Origin: Octopus sinensis
Taxonomy: Eukaryota
Reading direction: 5' to 3'
Assembly (NCBI RefSeq): GCF_006345805.1
Contig: NC_043015.1
Coordinates: forward strand, 29,264,001 to 29,328,000
DNA: 64,000 nucleotides
The notes under the pieces were generated by a model, which was not told the origin of the DNA, did no database searches, and saw only the letters and a list, made by a program, of their open reading frames with translations. Numbering within the stretch: the first letter of the stretch is position 1; every line of letters begins with the position of its first letter. Both the position numbers and the translations under genes were made by a program. Below are positions 52,927 to 64,000 of this stretch, in pieces.

Positions 52927-53520
52927 ATCTGGGAGTTCCTCATCGTCATATGAAGATCGTCATCAGAAGAAATCCAAAAGCAAAAAGAAACACAGACATC
53001 GCTCCAACAGTCGGTCTCCAACGTATTCCAACCAAAGTTATTCGAGGGATCGCTCAAATCGAAGATCTCCGTCTTATGACAGAGACAAAGACAAGTTCAA
53101 GCGGCGCCGAAGCTATTCAAGGGAAGTTTCCAGTCACAGATCTCATTCACTGGAACGAGCGCGGGACTCGGATCAAAACCGTAGTTCCGACCGTTATAGA
53201 AACAAAGGCGGGTCTGGGGACAGGTCACGCTCAAGGGAACGGTCACGATCCAGCAGAGACAGGTCGCGGTCCAGCAGAGACAGATCACGGTCCAGAGAAA
53301 AGTCTTCACGAACCAAAAGTAAATACAAAGACAGGAGCCACTCTCGGGATAGAAACGGTGACAGGCATCAATCAAGGAGCTATTACCGACCATCTACTAG
53401 CTCAACGCAGTCAGATTACAAAGAGTCTAGATCTCATAGCCGCCGCCGGTCACGAAGCCGAAGCAAGTCATGGTCATCCTCTGACCGGAGGTCAAACCAA
53501 CATTCAAAACGATCAAAGAG
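52927..53520 (+). CDS. RSRC1: RSRC1 coding exon 2, 594-nt RS/RD-rich domain
   Basis: Acceptor ttctag|A completes the AGA codon from exon 1; open RS-dipeptide frame; donor AG|gtacca (phase 2). Confidence 0.88.
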
Positions 53521-53705
53521 GTACCAGATTTATTTTTTTATTATGATGTAAATTTACTGATTTTTCCAAATATATACAGGTGTCTTTCTCTTAGGCCCAC
53601 ATGATTTATATGTTCATGTGCACATATTATATAAATATATATATATGTATATATATGTATATGTATATATATGTATATGTATATATATGTATATGTATAT
53701 ATATG

Positions 53706-53737
<32 letters not shown>

Positions 53738-54010
53738 GGCAGAGGCAAGGCTTTGTAATGGTTAAGATGACCACTTCCCAGCGATGTGGTTTCAGTTTCA
53801 ATTCCACTGTGCAGTATTAGGCAAGGGTCTTCTATAACACCAGGCCAATCCTTGCCTTGTGTATGTATGTATGTACGTGTGCGTGCATGCATGTGTGTAT
53901 GTGTGTGTATACCTGACCAAAATATGTACTGGTTCCCCCTGTATGGAAGCAGTCCTTTGACTGATAAGGGGCAAAAAAATGATCCAGCATGTTATTTTAA
54001 TACATTGTAG

Positions 54011-54106
54011 GTCCAGATCTCCAGACAGAAGTAGTTACCATTCTTGGCAGTCTACCAGTCCAGAATCAAAACAAGCAACAACCGCCACCACCGCTTCTAA
54101 GAAAGA
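54011..54106 (+). CDS. RSRC1: RSRC1 coding exon 3 (RSRSPDRSSYHSWQSTSPESKQATTATTASKK)
   Basis: ttgtag|GTCC acceptor, GA|gtaagt donor, 96 nt, phase 2 to phase 2. Confidence 0.85.
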
Positions 54107-55332
54107 GTAAGTTCAGCTCTTGATAATTAACCCTTAAAACATTTGGTAAAATCTTCATTGCTTCTGTTGTCATCATCATCATCATTAACTGGATGGAAGC
54201 ACTCCGTCGGTTACGACGACGAGGGTTCCGGTTGATCCGACCAACGGAACAGCCTGCTCGTGAAATTAACGTGTAAGTGGCTGAGCACTCCAACACAGAC
54301 ACGTGTACCCTTAACGTAGTTCTCGGGGATATTCAGCGTGACACAGAGAGTGACAAGGCTGGCCCTTTGAAATACAGGTACAACAGAAACAGGAAGTAAG
54401 AGTGAGAGAAAGTTGTGGTGAAAGAGTACAGCAGGGATCACCACCATCCCCTGCCGGAGCCTCGTGGAGCTTTTAGGTGTTTTTGCTCAATAAACACTCA
54501 CAACGCCCAGTCTGGGAATTGAAACCGCGATCCTCCGACCGCGAGTCCGCTGCCCTAACATCTTTAGTCTTGTTGTGCCTGTACCAGAAATCGTTGTTAT
54601 ATATTTTTGAATTCATCATCATCATCGTTTAACGTCCGTTTTCCGTGCTAGCATGGGTTGGACAGTTCGACCGGGGGGTCTGGGAAGCCAGGAGGATGCA
54701 CCAGGCTCCAGTCTGATCTGGCAGTGTTTCTACAGCCGGATGCCCTTCCTAATGCCAACCACTCCGTGAGTGTAGTGGGTGCTATGGATTGTCAAAATTG
54801 GTAGAAGAATGGACAAAATTCCCTGTGGTATTTAGCTGCATACCTTTTATGTTCTGAGTTCAAATCTTGCTGAGGTAATTCTTGCCTTTAACTTTTAAAG
54901 GGTCGGTCGATGAAATTAGCGTAAGTTGCTGACCGGAGTGAGTTGAATCAACTCTCCCCACATTTGAATCTATATGCCTATCTGAGAAATCAGTTGTTAT
55001 ATTTTTATATTCTGAGTTGAAATCCTGTCACAACTGCTTTTGACTTCCATCATTCCAGGTTTAAATAAAATGAAGTCCCTGTAAAGTACAGGAGGCAAAT
55101 TAATTGTCCATACCTCTCATCCCTGCATCTCTAAACAATTGGTACCCTTGTGCCTATATTATACATTATCCTTATTAGAAGGTCGAACATGACATTGGAA
55201 ATGGTAAGGGATGATCACAAGGACATAAATAGGACATAAATCCCACAAATAGGATATAAAAAGAAAAATATGAAAGGCTTTTTTCTAGCTGCTGTTAGAG
55301 CCTTGACAATGTTTCATTATAATGGATTATGT

Positions 55333-55612
55333 GGAGGCGCAATGGCCTAGTGGTTAGGGCAGCGGACTCGCGGTCGTAGGATCGCGATTCCGATTCCCAG
55401 ACCGGGCGTTGTGAGTGTTTATTGAACAAAAACACCTAAAACTCCACGAGGCTCCGGCAGGGGGTGGTGGCGATCCCTGCTGTACTCTTTCGCCACAACT
55501 TTCTCTCACTCTTTTTTCTGTTGGGTGGCGTCATTTCAAGGCTAAAACAATGCGAAGCGCATTGTGACCAGCGATGTGTAACAACATCTGATAGCCTGGT
55601 CAATCACGGTGA
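55333..55612 (+). mobile_element. SINE family 1, tail type b
   Basis: 13-bp TSD TAATGGATTATGT; a second tail-b copy at 62348-62650. Confidence 0.8.
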
Positions 55613-56274
55613 TAATGGATTATGTAAGATGTTGCATGCGTGAGGTGTCAACTATCCCAAGTTAAAAATCATTATTGGCATGTTGCTGAAAACTAGGCCT
55701 TTGGATTAATGTGTTACATTCTTGAACAATAAAATATGAAAGCCTTCTTCTAGTTGCAGTTTAGGCCTGTATAGAAGATTTTGTTGAAGGTGTTACAGGC
55801 AGCGAGCTGGCAGAAACGTTAGCACGCCGGACGAAATGCGTAGCCGTATTTCGTCTGCCGTTACGTTCCGAGTTCAAATTCCGCCGAGGTCCACTTTGCC
55901 TTTCATCCTTTCGGGGTCGATTAAATAAGTACCAGTTACGCACTGGGGTCGATATAATCAACTTAATCCGTTTGTCTGTCCTTGTTTGTCCTCTCTGTGT
56001 TTAGCCCCTTGTGGGTAGTAAAGAAATAGGTATTTCGTCTGCTGTTACGTTCTGAGTTCAAATTCCGTCGAGGTCAACTTTGCCTTTCATCCTTTCGGGG
56101 TCGATTAAATAAGTACCAGTTACACACTGGGGTCGATATAAACTTAATCCGTTTGTTTGTCCTCTCTGTGTTTAGCCCCTTGTGGGTAGTAAAGAAATTG
56201 GTATTACATGCAAGAAGCATTAATTGCCCCAAATTAGCAACATCTAAAATCTTCCTGACTTTATTCTCTTACAG

Positions 56275-56311
56275 TGATCTCTGTGCCAAAATACCAGGTT
56301 TTGCTACAATG
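56275..56311 (+). CDS. RSRC1: RSRC1 coding exon 4, 37-nt micro-exon (DDLCAKIPGFATM)
   Basis: Polypyrimidine tract ending cttacag, donor ATG|gtaagt; converts phase 2 to phase 0 exactly as needed to join the next exon. Confidence 0.75.
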
Positions 56312-58155
56312 GTAAGTAAGTTGCAATTTTAGAATATTGCATTCTTTTACATTCAATGTTTGCATGGGTCAGAAGGGTTATTTGTAGTAGCAATTTTATG
56401 GGTTAGTCAATAGGTGTGGGCCTGGTTGTGTGGTAAGAAGTTCACTTCCCAACTACATGGTTCTGGGTTCAGTCCCACTGCATGGCACTTCAGGCAAATG
56501 TTTTCTACTACAGCCTCAGAGGCTGGAGAGGCTGCCATGGCCCTATAATACTATACAGTACCCTTCCGCCTCTTCCTCCTACAAGCCCACTGCACTACTG
56601 TAAGTTTGTGGAAGTAAACACTAACACATTTAATGTGGTGAGTGCAGTATCTGTAATTAATCAAATTTATAATTTATACCTATATTGAAGAAAAGTAAAC
56701 GTTGTCGAACTCTGCGGAACCGGTTTTCTGCCTAGTCAGGCGAAGTTGAGCAAACAGAGTTATCTTCCTTGCTTTGTGTTGGAAACAATCCCAACGTGTA
56801 TACCAGTAAGGTTTTTTAACCTCGTAATCACAAGGACAGTAGTTCACAGCTATTGCACTTCATACCTAGTTGCCAACCACTCAGAATCTTTATATTTCTA
56901 CACAATTACTGATGAGTCTTTAATGATGGATGAAACCAGCCTCTTCAGTTGTCATTTCCGAGAAGCTGAAGTCCTTGTGGTTTAACCACAACGACTTAGT
57001 TTTACAGACAAATTTAATATATTTGTGTATTAAACATATGGCTGTGTGCTTAAGAAGTTCGCTTTGCGACTACATGGTTTCAGGTTCAGTCCCACTGCAC
57101 AGCATCTTGGACAAGTGTCTTCTACTATAGCCCTGGTTTAGTCAATGCCTTGTGAGTGAATTTGGTTGACAGAAACTGTAGGAAGGCAGCGAGCTGGCAG
57201 AACCGTTAACACGTCGGGCAAAATGCTTAGTGGTATTTCGTCTGCCGGTACGTTCTGAGTTCAAATTCCGCCGAGGTCGACTTTGCCTTTCATCCTTTCG
57301 GGGTCGCAAATGAAAATATATACACATATATTTTCCTTAAGGGCGAACCGGTCGCCAAGTCCACGAGACTGTTCACAAATGTTCACTTGTGTGAGCCAAA
57401 ATTACCATCTCCGTTCCCGCTTAGAAGAGCGCTTCTCTATATGTAGGGTTTTCCCTGAGAGAAGGTTAGGCACGTCCACTCGGTAGGGTTACTGATTCAA
57501 AAAAGATAGATTTAGCGGGAACGCTTTCAGTTTGCAGTTCTCTGCACATGCGCACGAGGGAACTTCCGGCGGCCTACCAGAAGCAATCCAACTCTGCGCA
57601 TGCATGCTGAAAACTTCCAAAAATAGCGTCACTACAAGTACAGTGTAGTTTTCCACCTTGTAGTACCTGTATAGTTAGGCAGACTACACCATTACAGTAC
57701 TATCTTAACGATGGACACAGGACAGTGAAGTTCACCAGCTTGTGGAACGAACTTACAATGAGGTGGCCCAGTTCAGTGTTGAGTGAATGTAATTTGATTC
57801 ATGGATGATTCAAACAGTAATTGATGATCTTACAGCATGGGCAGTAGGACTTCGTGTGGCATCATGGCATGTCCACACAATAGTGGGTCTGTGACACATA
57901 ACTATGGGTCAGTCCTCCTCCAAGTTCTGTATGTTTTTTTTTTAACTGCTGGATCATCTTCTGCTATTTGGCCCTTGACAAGTACTTGTAATACCTGTAT
58001 AGTTAGGCAGACTGGCCTATCAATATGGCCAGGTGCAAGTCAGTAATTTTGTCTTTTTGTAATTAATTTTTTTTGTCCGTTCCCTTACTAATTACCAAAT
58101 TGTTTTTCACTCTATTTCATTGACTCCTTTTTCTTTTCTTTTCTTTTTTACACAG

Positions 58156-58207
58156 GAACCTGCTGAACAGGCAAAAATTAGGTTACAGATGGCTCTCAAA
58201 GCTGCTG
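58156..58207 (+). CDS. RSRC1: RSRC1 coding exon 5 (EPAEQAKIRLQMALKAA)
   Basis: cacag acceptor, G|gtaagt donor; matches the conserved RSRC1 motif PAEQAKARLQLVLEAA. Confidence 0.92.
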
Positions 58208-58579
58208 GTAAGTTTCTTTGTAATACAGAACATTGTTGGTTTGTAATATAACCGGATGAGTTGGCAGGTGAAAATTATAAGTGCATCAGACAAAATGCCT
58301 AGTAGTATTTTTTTTCCAGATCTTAACATTCTGAGTTCAAATTCTGCCAAGGCCAACTTTGCTCACCTTTCGTGCTTTTAGGGTCAGTACAATAAAGTAC
58401 CAGTCAAGCACTTACCTAGGTAGTGTGATCCATTGCAGTATTAGCTGTGAGGCCAAAGTCCTGAAAAGACTTTGGACATGCTGGTGCAGTTGTGGACTCA
58501 CTGGACAAGAGTGTTTGGCACTTCTGGTATCTGAGCAGGAGGACAAAGGTTCAGTTCTTCAGATCTCTGGTTTTCTTTA

Positions 58580-59215
58580 TTATAAGTCCGTGCCGGTTAC
58601 ACACTGGGGTCGATATAATAGACTTAATCCATTTGTCTGTTCTCTCTATGTTTAGCCCCTTGTGGGCAATAAAGAAATAGGTATTTCGTCTGTCTTTATG
58701 TTCTGAGTTCAAATTCCTCCAAGGTCAACTTTGCCTTTCATCCTTTTGGGGTCGTTAAATTAAGTACCAGTTATGCACTGGGGTCAATGTAATCGGCTTA
58801 ATCCCTTTGTCTTTGTTTGTCCCCTCTATGCTTAGCCCCTTGTGGGCAGTAAAGTAATAAGTATTTTGTCTGTCTTCGTGTTCTGAGTTCAAATTCCGCC
58901 GAGGTCAACTTTGCCTTTCATCCTTTCGGGGTCGATTAAATAAGTACCAGTTATGCACTGGGGTCAGTGTAGTCGACTTAATCCGTTTATCCCCTCTATG
59001 TTTAGCCCCTTGTGGGTGGTAAAGAAATAGGTATTTTGTCTGTTTTTACATTTTGAGTTCAAATTCCTCCAAGGTCAACTTTGCCTTTCATCCTTCCGGG
59101 GTTGATTAAATTAAGTACCAGTTGCGCACTGGAGTCAATGTAATCGATTTAATCCCTTTGTCTGTCCTTGTTTGTCCCCTCTATGTTTAGCCCCTTGTGG
59201 GCAATAAAGAAATAA
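58580..59215 (+). repeat. About 3.6 tandem units (172-177 bp) of the SINE family 3 body
   Basis: cactggggtc recurs at about 58603, 58776, 58956 and 59128. Confidence 0.75.
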
Positions 59216-59447
59216 AAAACAGTACTGTACTATATTTTTTTTATCATTTTTATAATTTGTATATATTTATTTTATTATAAATGCAAAACACCACGGAGGA
59301 ATCGATGTAAGCTTAAATAATAAACCGCAATAGGTGAACTGTGATATGGCGAGGAATTACTATATTTATAAAACATGGAATTTCCGTAAATCTTGCTTTC
59401 TTTTTTTTTCTTTCATTAATATTTTTTTTCTCGTTAACCAATTGCAG

Positions 59448-59611
59448 CTGCTGCTGATGAACAGCTGCGAAAGATGCAGGAGAAAAACACAATGGTTAAG
59501 GAGCAACGCCAATTAATGGAACAGCCTGATTTTGCTATCACAGTGGAAGACATTGAAAGTTCTGCTTTCACCCAATCAACATTTGTTTCTGGCACTAATC
59601 GAGTGCCCCAG
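59448..59611 (+). CDS. RSRC1: RSRC1 coding exon 6 (AAADEQLRKMQE...VEDIESSAFTQSTFVSGTNRVPQ)
   Basis: ttgcag acceptor, CAG|gtaatt donor, phase 1 to 0; similar to RSRC1 AKADEAL...IEAIESDSFVQQTF. Confidence 0.92.
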
Positions 59612-60344
59612 GTAATTAATCATTACTGTGGTGTTTTAATTGTTTGTTTGTTTTTTTTAAGATGGCTGTTATCATCTGTTATCTTTCACTTGTTTCAGTT
59701 ATTAGATTATGGCTTGGTAGAATTTTTAGTCAAATGAATCGACCCTAGTACTTACCTTTTTCTTTTTGTTAAGCCTGGTAATTATTTTATTAGTCTCATT
59801 TTTTGAACTGCTAAGTTATGGAGATGTAAACAACCCACTACAGGTTACCAAGCAGTAGTGGGAGACAAACACAGACACAAAACGACACACACACACATGA
59901 TGGGCTTCTTTCAGATTCCACCTACCAAATCCACTCACAAGGCTTTGATTGGCCTGAGGTTATAGTAGAAGACACTTGCCCAAGGTGCCACGCAGTGGGA
60001 CTGGACCCAGAACCATATGATTGAGAAGCAAGCTTCTTACCACACAGTCATACACCTTTTTGCTTTCATACTCAACCAACAACTTCTGTAAAAAACCCAG
60101 TAATGTCAGCAAGATATGATAGGGATGTAAAGCAATTACATCCTTCAAAACTTCCATGCTTTCTGAGATTCGCCAACACTACACCTGATTTTCTCCCCTC
60201 CATACACACACAAGCATGTATCTGACTCATATACATTGTTCGCTTTCCAGACATTTGTACATTACTGCATATGCTTTATACGCACTTTTGACAAGTTGTG
60301 GTGCACCTGAGCACTGTATACAATAATTTCATTACTATTATTGC

Positions 60345-61260
60345 CAGCGCCGCCCCAACTGGCCTCCGTGCCGATGGCACGTAAAAAGCACAATCCGATC
60401 GTGGCCGTTTGCCAGCCTCGCCTGGCCTCCGTACCGGTGGCACGTAAAAAGCACCATCCGATCGTAGCCGTTGCCAGCCTCGCCTGGCCTCTGTACCGGT
60501 GGCATGTAAAAAGCACCATCCGATCGTGGCCGTTTGCCAACCTCGCCTGGCCTCCGTACCGGTGGCACGTAAAAAGCACCATCCGATCGTGGCCGTTTGC
60601 CAGCCTCATCTGGCACGTAAAAAGCACCCACTACACTCACGGAGTGGTTGGCGTTAGGAAGGGCATCCAGCCGTAGAAACATTGCCAGATCAGACTGGAG
60701 CCTGGTGCAGCCTTCTGGCTTCCCAGACCCCAGTTGAACCGTTCAACCCAGGCCTGGTGCAGCCTTCTGGCTTCCCAGACCCCAGTTGAACCGTTCAACC
60801 CAGGCCTGGTGCAGCCTTCTGGCTTCCCAGACCCCAGTTAAACCGTTCAACCCAGGCCTGGTGCAGCCTTCTGGCTTCCCAGACCCCAGTTAAACCGTTC
60901 AACCCAGGCCTGGTGCAGCCTTCTGGCTTCCCAGACCCCAGTTGAACCGTTCAACCCAGGCCTGGTGCAGCCTTCTGGCTTCCCAGACCCCAGTTGAACC
61001 GTTCAACCCAGGCCTGGTGCAGCCTTCTGGCCTCCCAGACCCCAGTTGAACCGTCCAACCCAGGCCTGGTGCAGCCTTCTGGCTTCCCAGACCCCAGTTG
61101 AACCGTTCAACCCAGGCCTGGTGCAGCCTTCTGGCTTCCCAGACCCCAGTTAAACCGTTCAACCCAGGCCTGGTGCAGCCTTCTGGCTTCCCAGACCCCA
61201 GTTGAACCATCCAACCCATGCTAGCATAGAAAGCGGATGCTAAACGATGATGATGATGAT
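60345..61260 (+). mobile_element. RTE-type short retroelement with two internal minisatellite expansions
   Basis: About 4 x 62-63-bp units (60361-60612), 10 x 52-bp units (60701-61218) and a (GAT)n tail; an unexpanded relative lies at about 54612-54785 (-). Confidence 0.7.
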
Positions 61261-61268
61261 TATTATTA

Positions 61269-61653
61269 TCTCTCTCTATATAAACGGCAGTTTGTCTGTG
61301 CGTGTTTCTGTGTGTCTGTTTGCTTGTACCCTCACCCTGACCACGGCTTTCAACCGATTCTGATGAAACTTGATACACACATAGCCCAATGTCATAATTC
61401 AAAACTAACGCAGCGAAAATTTTGAAAAGTTCCCCCAGTTCTGAAAAAAATCGATAAATTCGACATGGGGTCGAGAATCAGGAACACAAACCACAAACTG
61501 TGTAGGGGACGCAACTCCACCTTTTTTAACTATCAAAAAAAATTTACCATCATTTTTTTTCCATTTTTTTGCTATTTTTTGGCTATAACTCTCTAAAAAT
61601 GCTTTATAGTTATTTCCCTTACAAACCTGAGCAACGCCGGGCGATACTGCTAG
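61269..61653 (+). mobile_element. Non-autonomous Helitron, second copy (RSRC1 intron 6)
   Basis: Highly similar to 49833-50207 with the same A|TC and CTAG|T termini. Confidence 0.75.
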
Positions 61654-61717
61654 TTAATGATAATGATGATGAAACATTTTAAATATCTGTTTATTTTTTT
61701 TTGTCTCTTCATGACAG

Positions 61718-61852
61718 GAATCCCCTGAAGAAGAACAGTTTGGTACGATAGCGGAAATCAAACCTGGCAGTGTGAAGGCCAACGCTGGCCAGGCAACAGC
61801 ACCAGACAATTACAAATACAACATTGACATAGATACATTTGCACACCCGAGT
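61718..61852 (+). CDS. RSRC1: RSRC1 coding exon 7 (ESPEEEQFG...YKYNIDIDTFAHPS)
   Basis: atgacag acceptor, AGT|gtaagt donor, 135 nt, phase 0; ends like RSRC1 SLAHPN. Confidence 0.88.
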
Positions 61853-62201
61853 GTAAGTATTATCTTTTCACGTTTTACTTATTTCAGTCATTGGATTGTG
61901 GCCATGCTGGGGCACCACCTCGAAGGGCCTAGTCAAAGAAATCGATCAATCAATCACAGTACTTGTTTTTTTAAGTCTGGTGCATATTCTTGTCAAACTG
62001 CTAAGTTACAGGATCATAAACAAACCAACACCAGTCGTGGTAGAGGAAGAACACACACAAAGACACACCCACTACAACTACATTTTTCAATGTCTTTCTT
62101 TTCATGACAATAGAATATAATAGGTGTGTTGGGGGCGCTAGAAAATTTGACTGCTATTTCTAGCAAATTGAGCAACCACATAGAGGCTTTTTACGATAGT
62201 C

Positions 62202-62845
62202 GCAGGAGTGGCTGTGTGGTTCCGGGTTCATTCCCACTGCGTGGCACCTTGGGAAAGTGTCTTCTACTATAGCCTCGGGCCGACCAAAGCCTTGTGAGTG
62301 GATTTGGTAGACGGAAACTGAAAGAAGCCCGTCATATATATATATATGTGGAGGCGCAACGGCCTAGTGGTTAGGGCAGCGGACTCGCGGTTGTGGGATC
62401 GCAGTTTCGATTCCCAGACCGGGCGTTGTGAGTGTTTATTGAGCGAAAACACCTAAAGCTCCATGAGGCTCCGCCAGCGGTGGGGCGATCCCTGCTGTAC
62501 TCTTTCGCCACAACTTTCTCTCACTCTTTCTTCTGTTGGCCTGCTCACTTAGCCAGCGGGGTGGCGTCATTTGAAGGCTAAAACAATGCGAAACGCATTG
62601 TGACCAGCGATGTGTAACAACATCTGATGACCTGGTCGGTCACGGTGATATATATATATGTGTGTCTGTGTTTGTCCCCCTAGCATTGCTTGACAACAGA
62701 TGCTGGTGTGTTTACGTCCCTGTCACTTAGCGGTTCGGCAAAAGAGACCGATAGAATAAGTACTGGGCTTACAAAAAGAATAAGTCCCGGGGTCGCGGTG
62801 CTCCAGCATGGCCGCAGTCAAATGACTGAAACAAGTAAAAGAGAG
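62202..62845 (+). mobile_element. SINE family 2 with a family 1 SINE nested in its internal (TA)n
   Basis: gcaggagtggctgtgtgg..ccttggg..aagtgtctt..(TA)n[62348-62650 insertion]..gtcaaatgactgaaacaagtaaaagag. Family 2 is the most abundant repeat here (many further copies, e.g. 1163-1583 -, 7475-7890 +, 33060-33450 -, 52405-52760 +, 59690-60055 -). Confidence 0.8.
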
Positions 62846-62907
62846 AGTTAATGGTGGCGGTGAATGTGTCAATGATGATGATGATCTTTTACCTTTCTGT
62901 CTTTCAG

Positions 62908-62997
62908 TTGTTCATCGACATCAGTGAGAAGAAGAAGAGGTGGTTGCAGAAGCTGACCGTCTTCAGGAAACGGAAGACTTCAAGCCTTCTGCTTTAA
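62908..62997 (+). CDS. RSRC1: RSRC1 terminal coding exon (LFIDISEKKKRWLQKLTVFRKRKTSSLLL*)
   Basis: ctttcag acceptor, TAA at 62995-62997; similar to RSRC1 [24 protein letters not shown]. Spliced CDS totals 1242 nt (413 aa plus stop). Confidence 0.9.
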   Translation: MFIDISEKKKRWLQKLTVFRKRKTSSLLL

Positions 62998-64000
62998 AAC
63001 ACACACACACACACACACACATACATACACACGCACATTCACAAGCTCACATATTTAAATATATACACATGCACACACACACACAGACTCTCACAAACAC
63101 GAATTTTCATTCAAATTCACAGAAATATATTACAAGAACCAAATACGAAATGAAAAACCAAAAATAAATATTCCCGAAATATGATTTTTTTGGAAATTAT
63201 CAATTTTTGTTTTAATTCTCTGCATATTAATGCATGCATTTTTATTTATTTTTTTTTTTTTTACTTGTTTCAGTCATTTGACTGTGGCCATACTGGAGCA
63301 CCATTTTTTAAGTGTTTTTGTTGAACAATTTGACCCCAGGATTTTTTTTTTAAGCCTAGTTTTGGACCCTGATGCAGCTTCTAGTCTTACCAGCTCTAGT
63401 CAAACTGTCCAACCCATGCCAGCATGGAAAGCAGACATTAAATGATGATGATGATGATCTGGTGGTAGGTGGTGGTGGTGGTGGTGGTAACAGTGGTGAT
63501 GATGGTGGTGGTGGTGTTGATGATGATTTGGTGGTGGTGGGTGGTTGTGGTACTGGTGGTGGTGTTGGAAGGTGCTGATGCTAATGGTAGTGGTGGTGGT
63601 AGTCATAGGTGGTGTGTCGGTGGTGGTAGGTGTAAAGAAATGAAGACATTAACTATACAAGAAAAAGAAAAAGAAAATACATGAATCAGTAAATTGCTTT
63701 GAGAATAGGAACCATGAGGAAGTCAGAGAAGGAAAGAGAAGACTCGTGTTTCGTTTGCATGTTTTAATCATTTACAATATGTTAAAACAAATGTTGTAAC
63801 ATTGAAATTGGCAGAAGCATAATAATAATAATAATAAAAATAATAATAATAATAATGTTAATGATGACGATTTCTAATATAGGCATAAAGTCAGAAATCT
63901 GAAAAGGGGGGGAGGGGTTTGGCCGATTCCATTAACTCCGATGCTTAACTTTACTCCCTTGATTTCAGGAACCTGGGAGATGACAGGTAAAGTCAGCCTT

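Noticed and set aside
55333-55405. tRNA genes at SINE heads
   Set aside because: Cloverleaf is degenerate and the heads continue into SINE bodies with TSDs.
60701-61218. 52-bp array as a CRISPR (likewise the 42-bp array at 28.6 kb)
   Set aside because: Units are contiguous with no unique spacers, there are no cas genes, and the context is eukaryotic.

Overview
AT-rich, intron- and repeat-dominated animal genomic DNA, most likely octopus (inferred from the SINE repertoire, microsatellite load and gene content), with a 100-N gap at 28039-28138. Two protein-coding loci are supported, both on the + strand. One is the large terminal coding exon of a Sulfotransfer_2 carbohydrate sulfotransferase (CHST11-like, 39010-40158; its N-terminal exon was not found). 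The other is a complete 8-coding-exon RSRC1 orthologue (51331-62997, 413 aa, all intron phases consistent). The rest is mobile DNA: several tRNA-derived SINE families, R4/Dong and RTE LINE fragments, two mariner relics, MITEs (8-bp TSD Merlin-like, 9-bp TSD MULE-like, TA-TSD), two non-autonomous Helitrons, minisatellites and microsatellites. The most notable signal is a set of type I hammerhead ribozymes read directly from the sequence. Three have intact cores (26581-26673 -, 49470-49562 +, 52083-52175 -); they are unrelated in sequence but share a long stem II and a 1-bp stem III with a palindromic tetraloop. A 403-bp foldback in the first coding intron of RSRC1 consists of two inverted hammerhead-bearing arms, each with a different lesion, and degenerate relics occur elsewhere. 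Four hammerhead cores cluster within 2.7 kb around the RSRC1 start-codon exon. All folding was done by eye and no activity is demonstrated.
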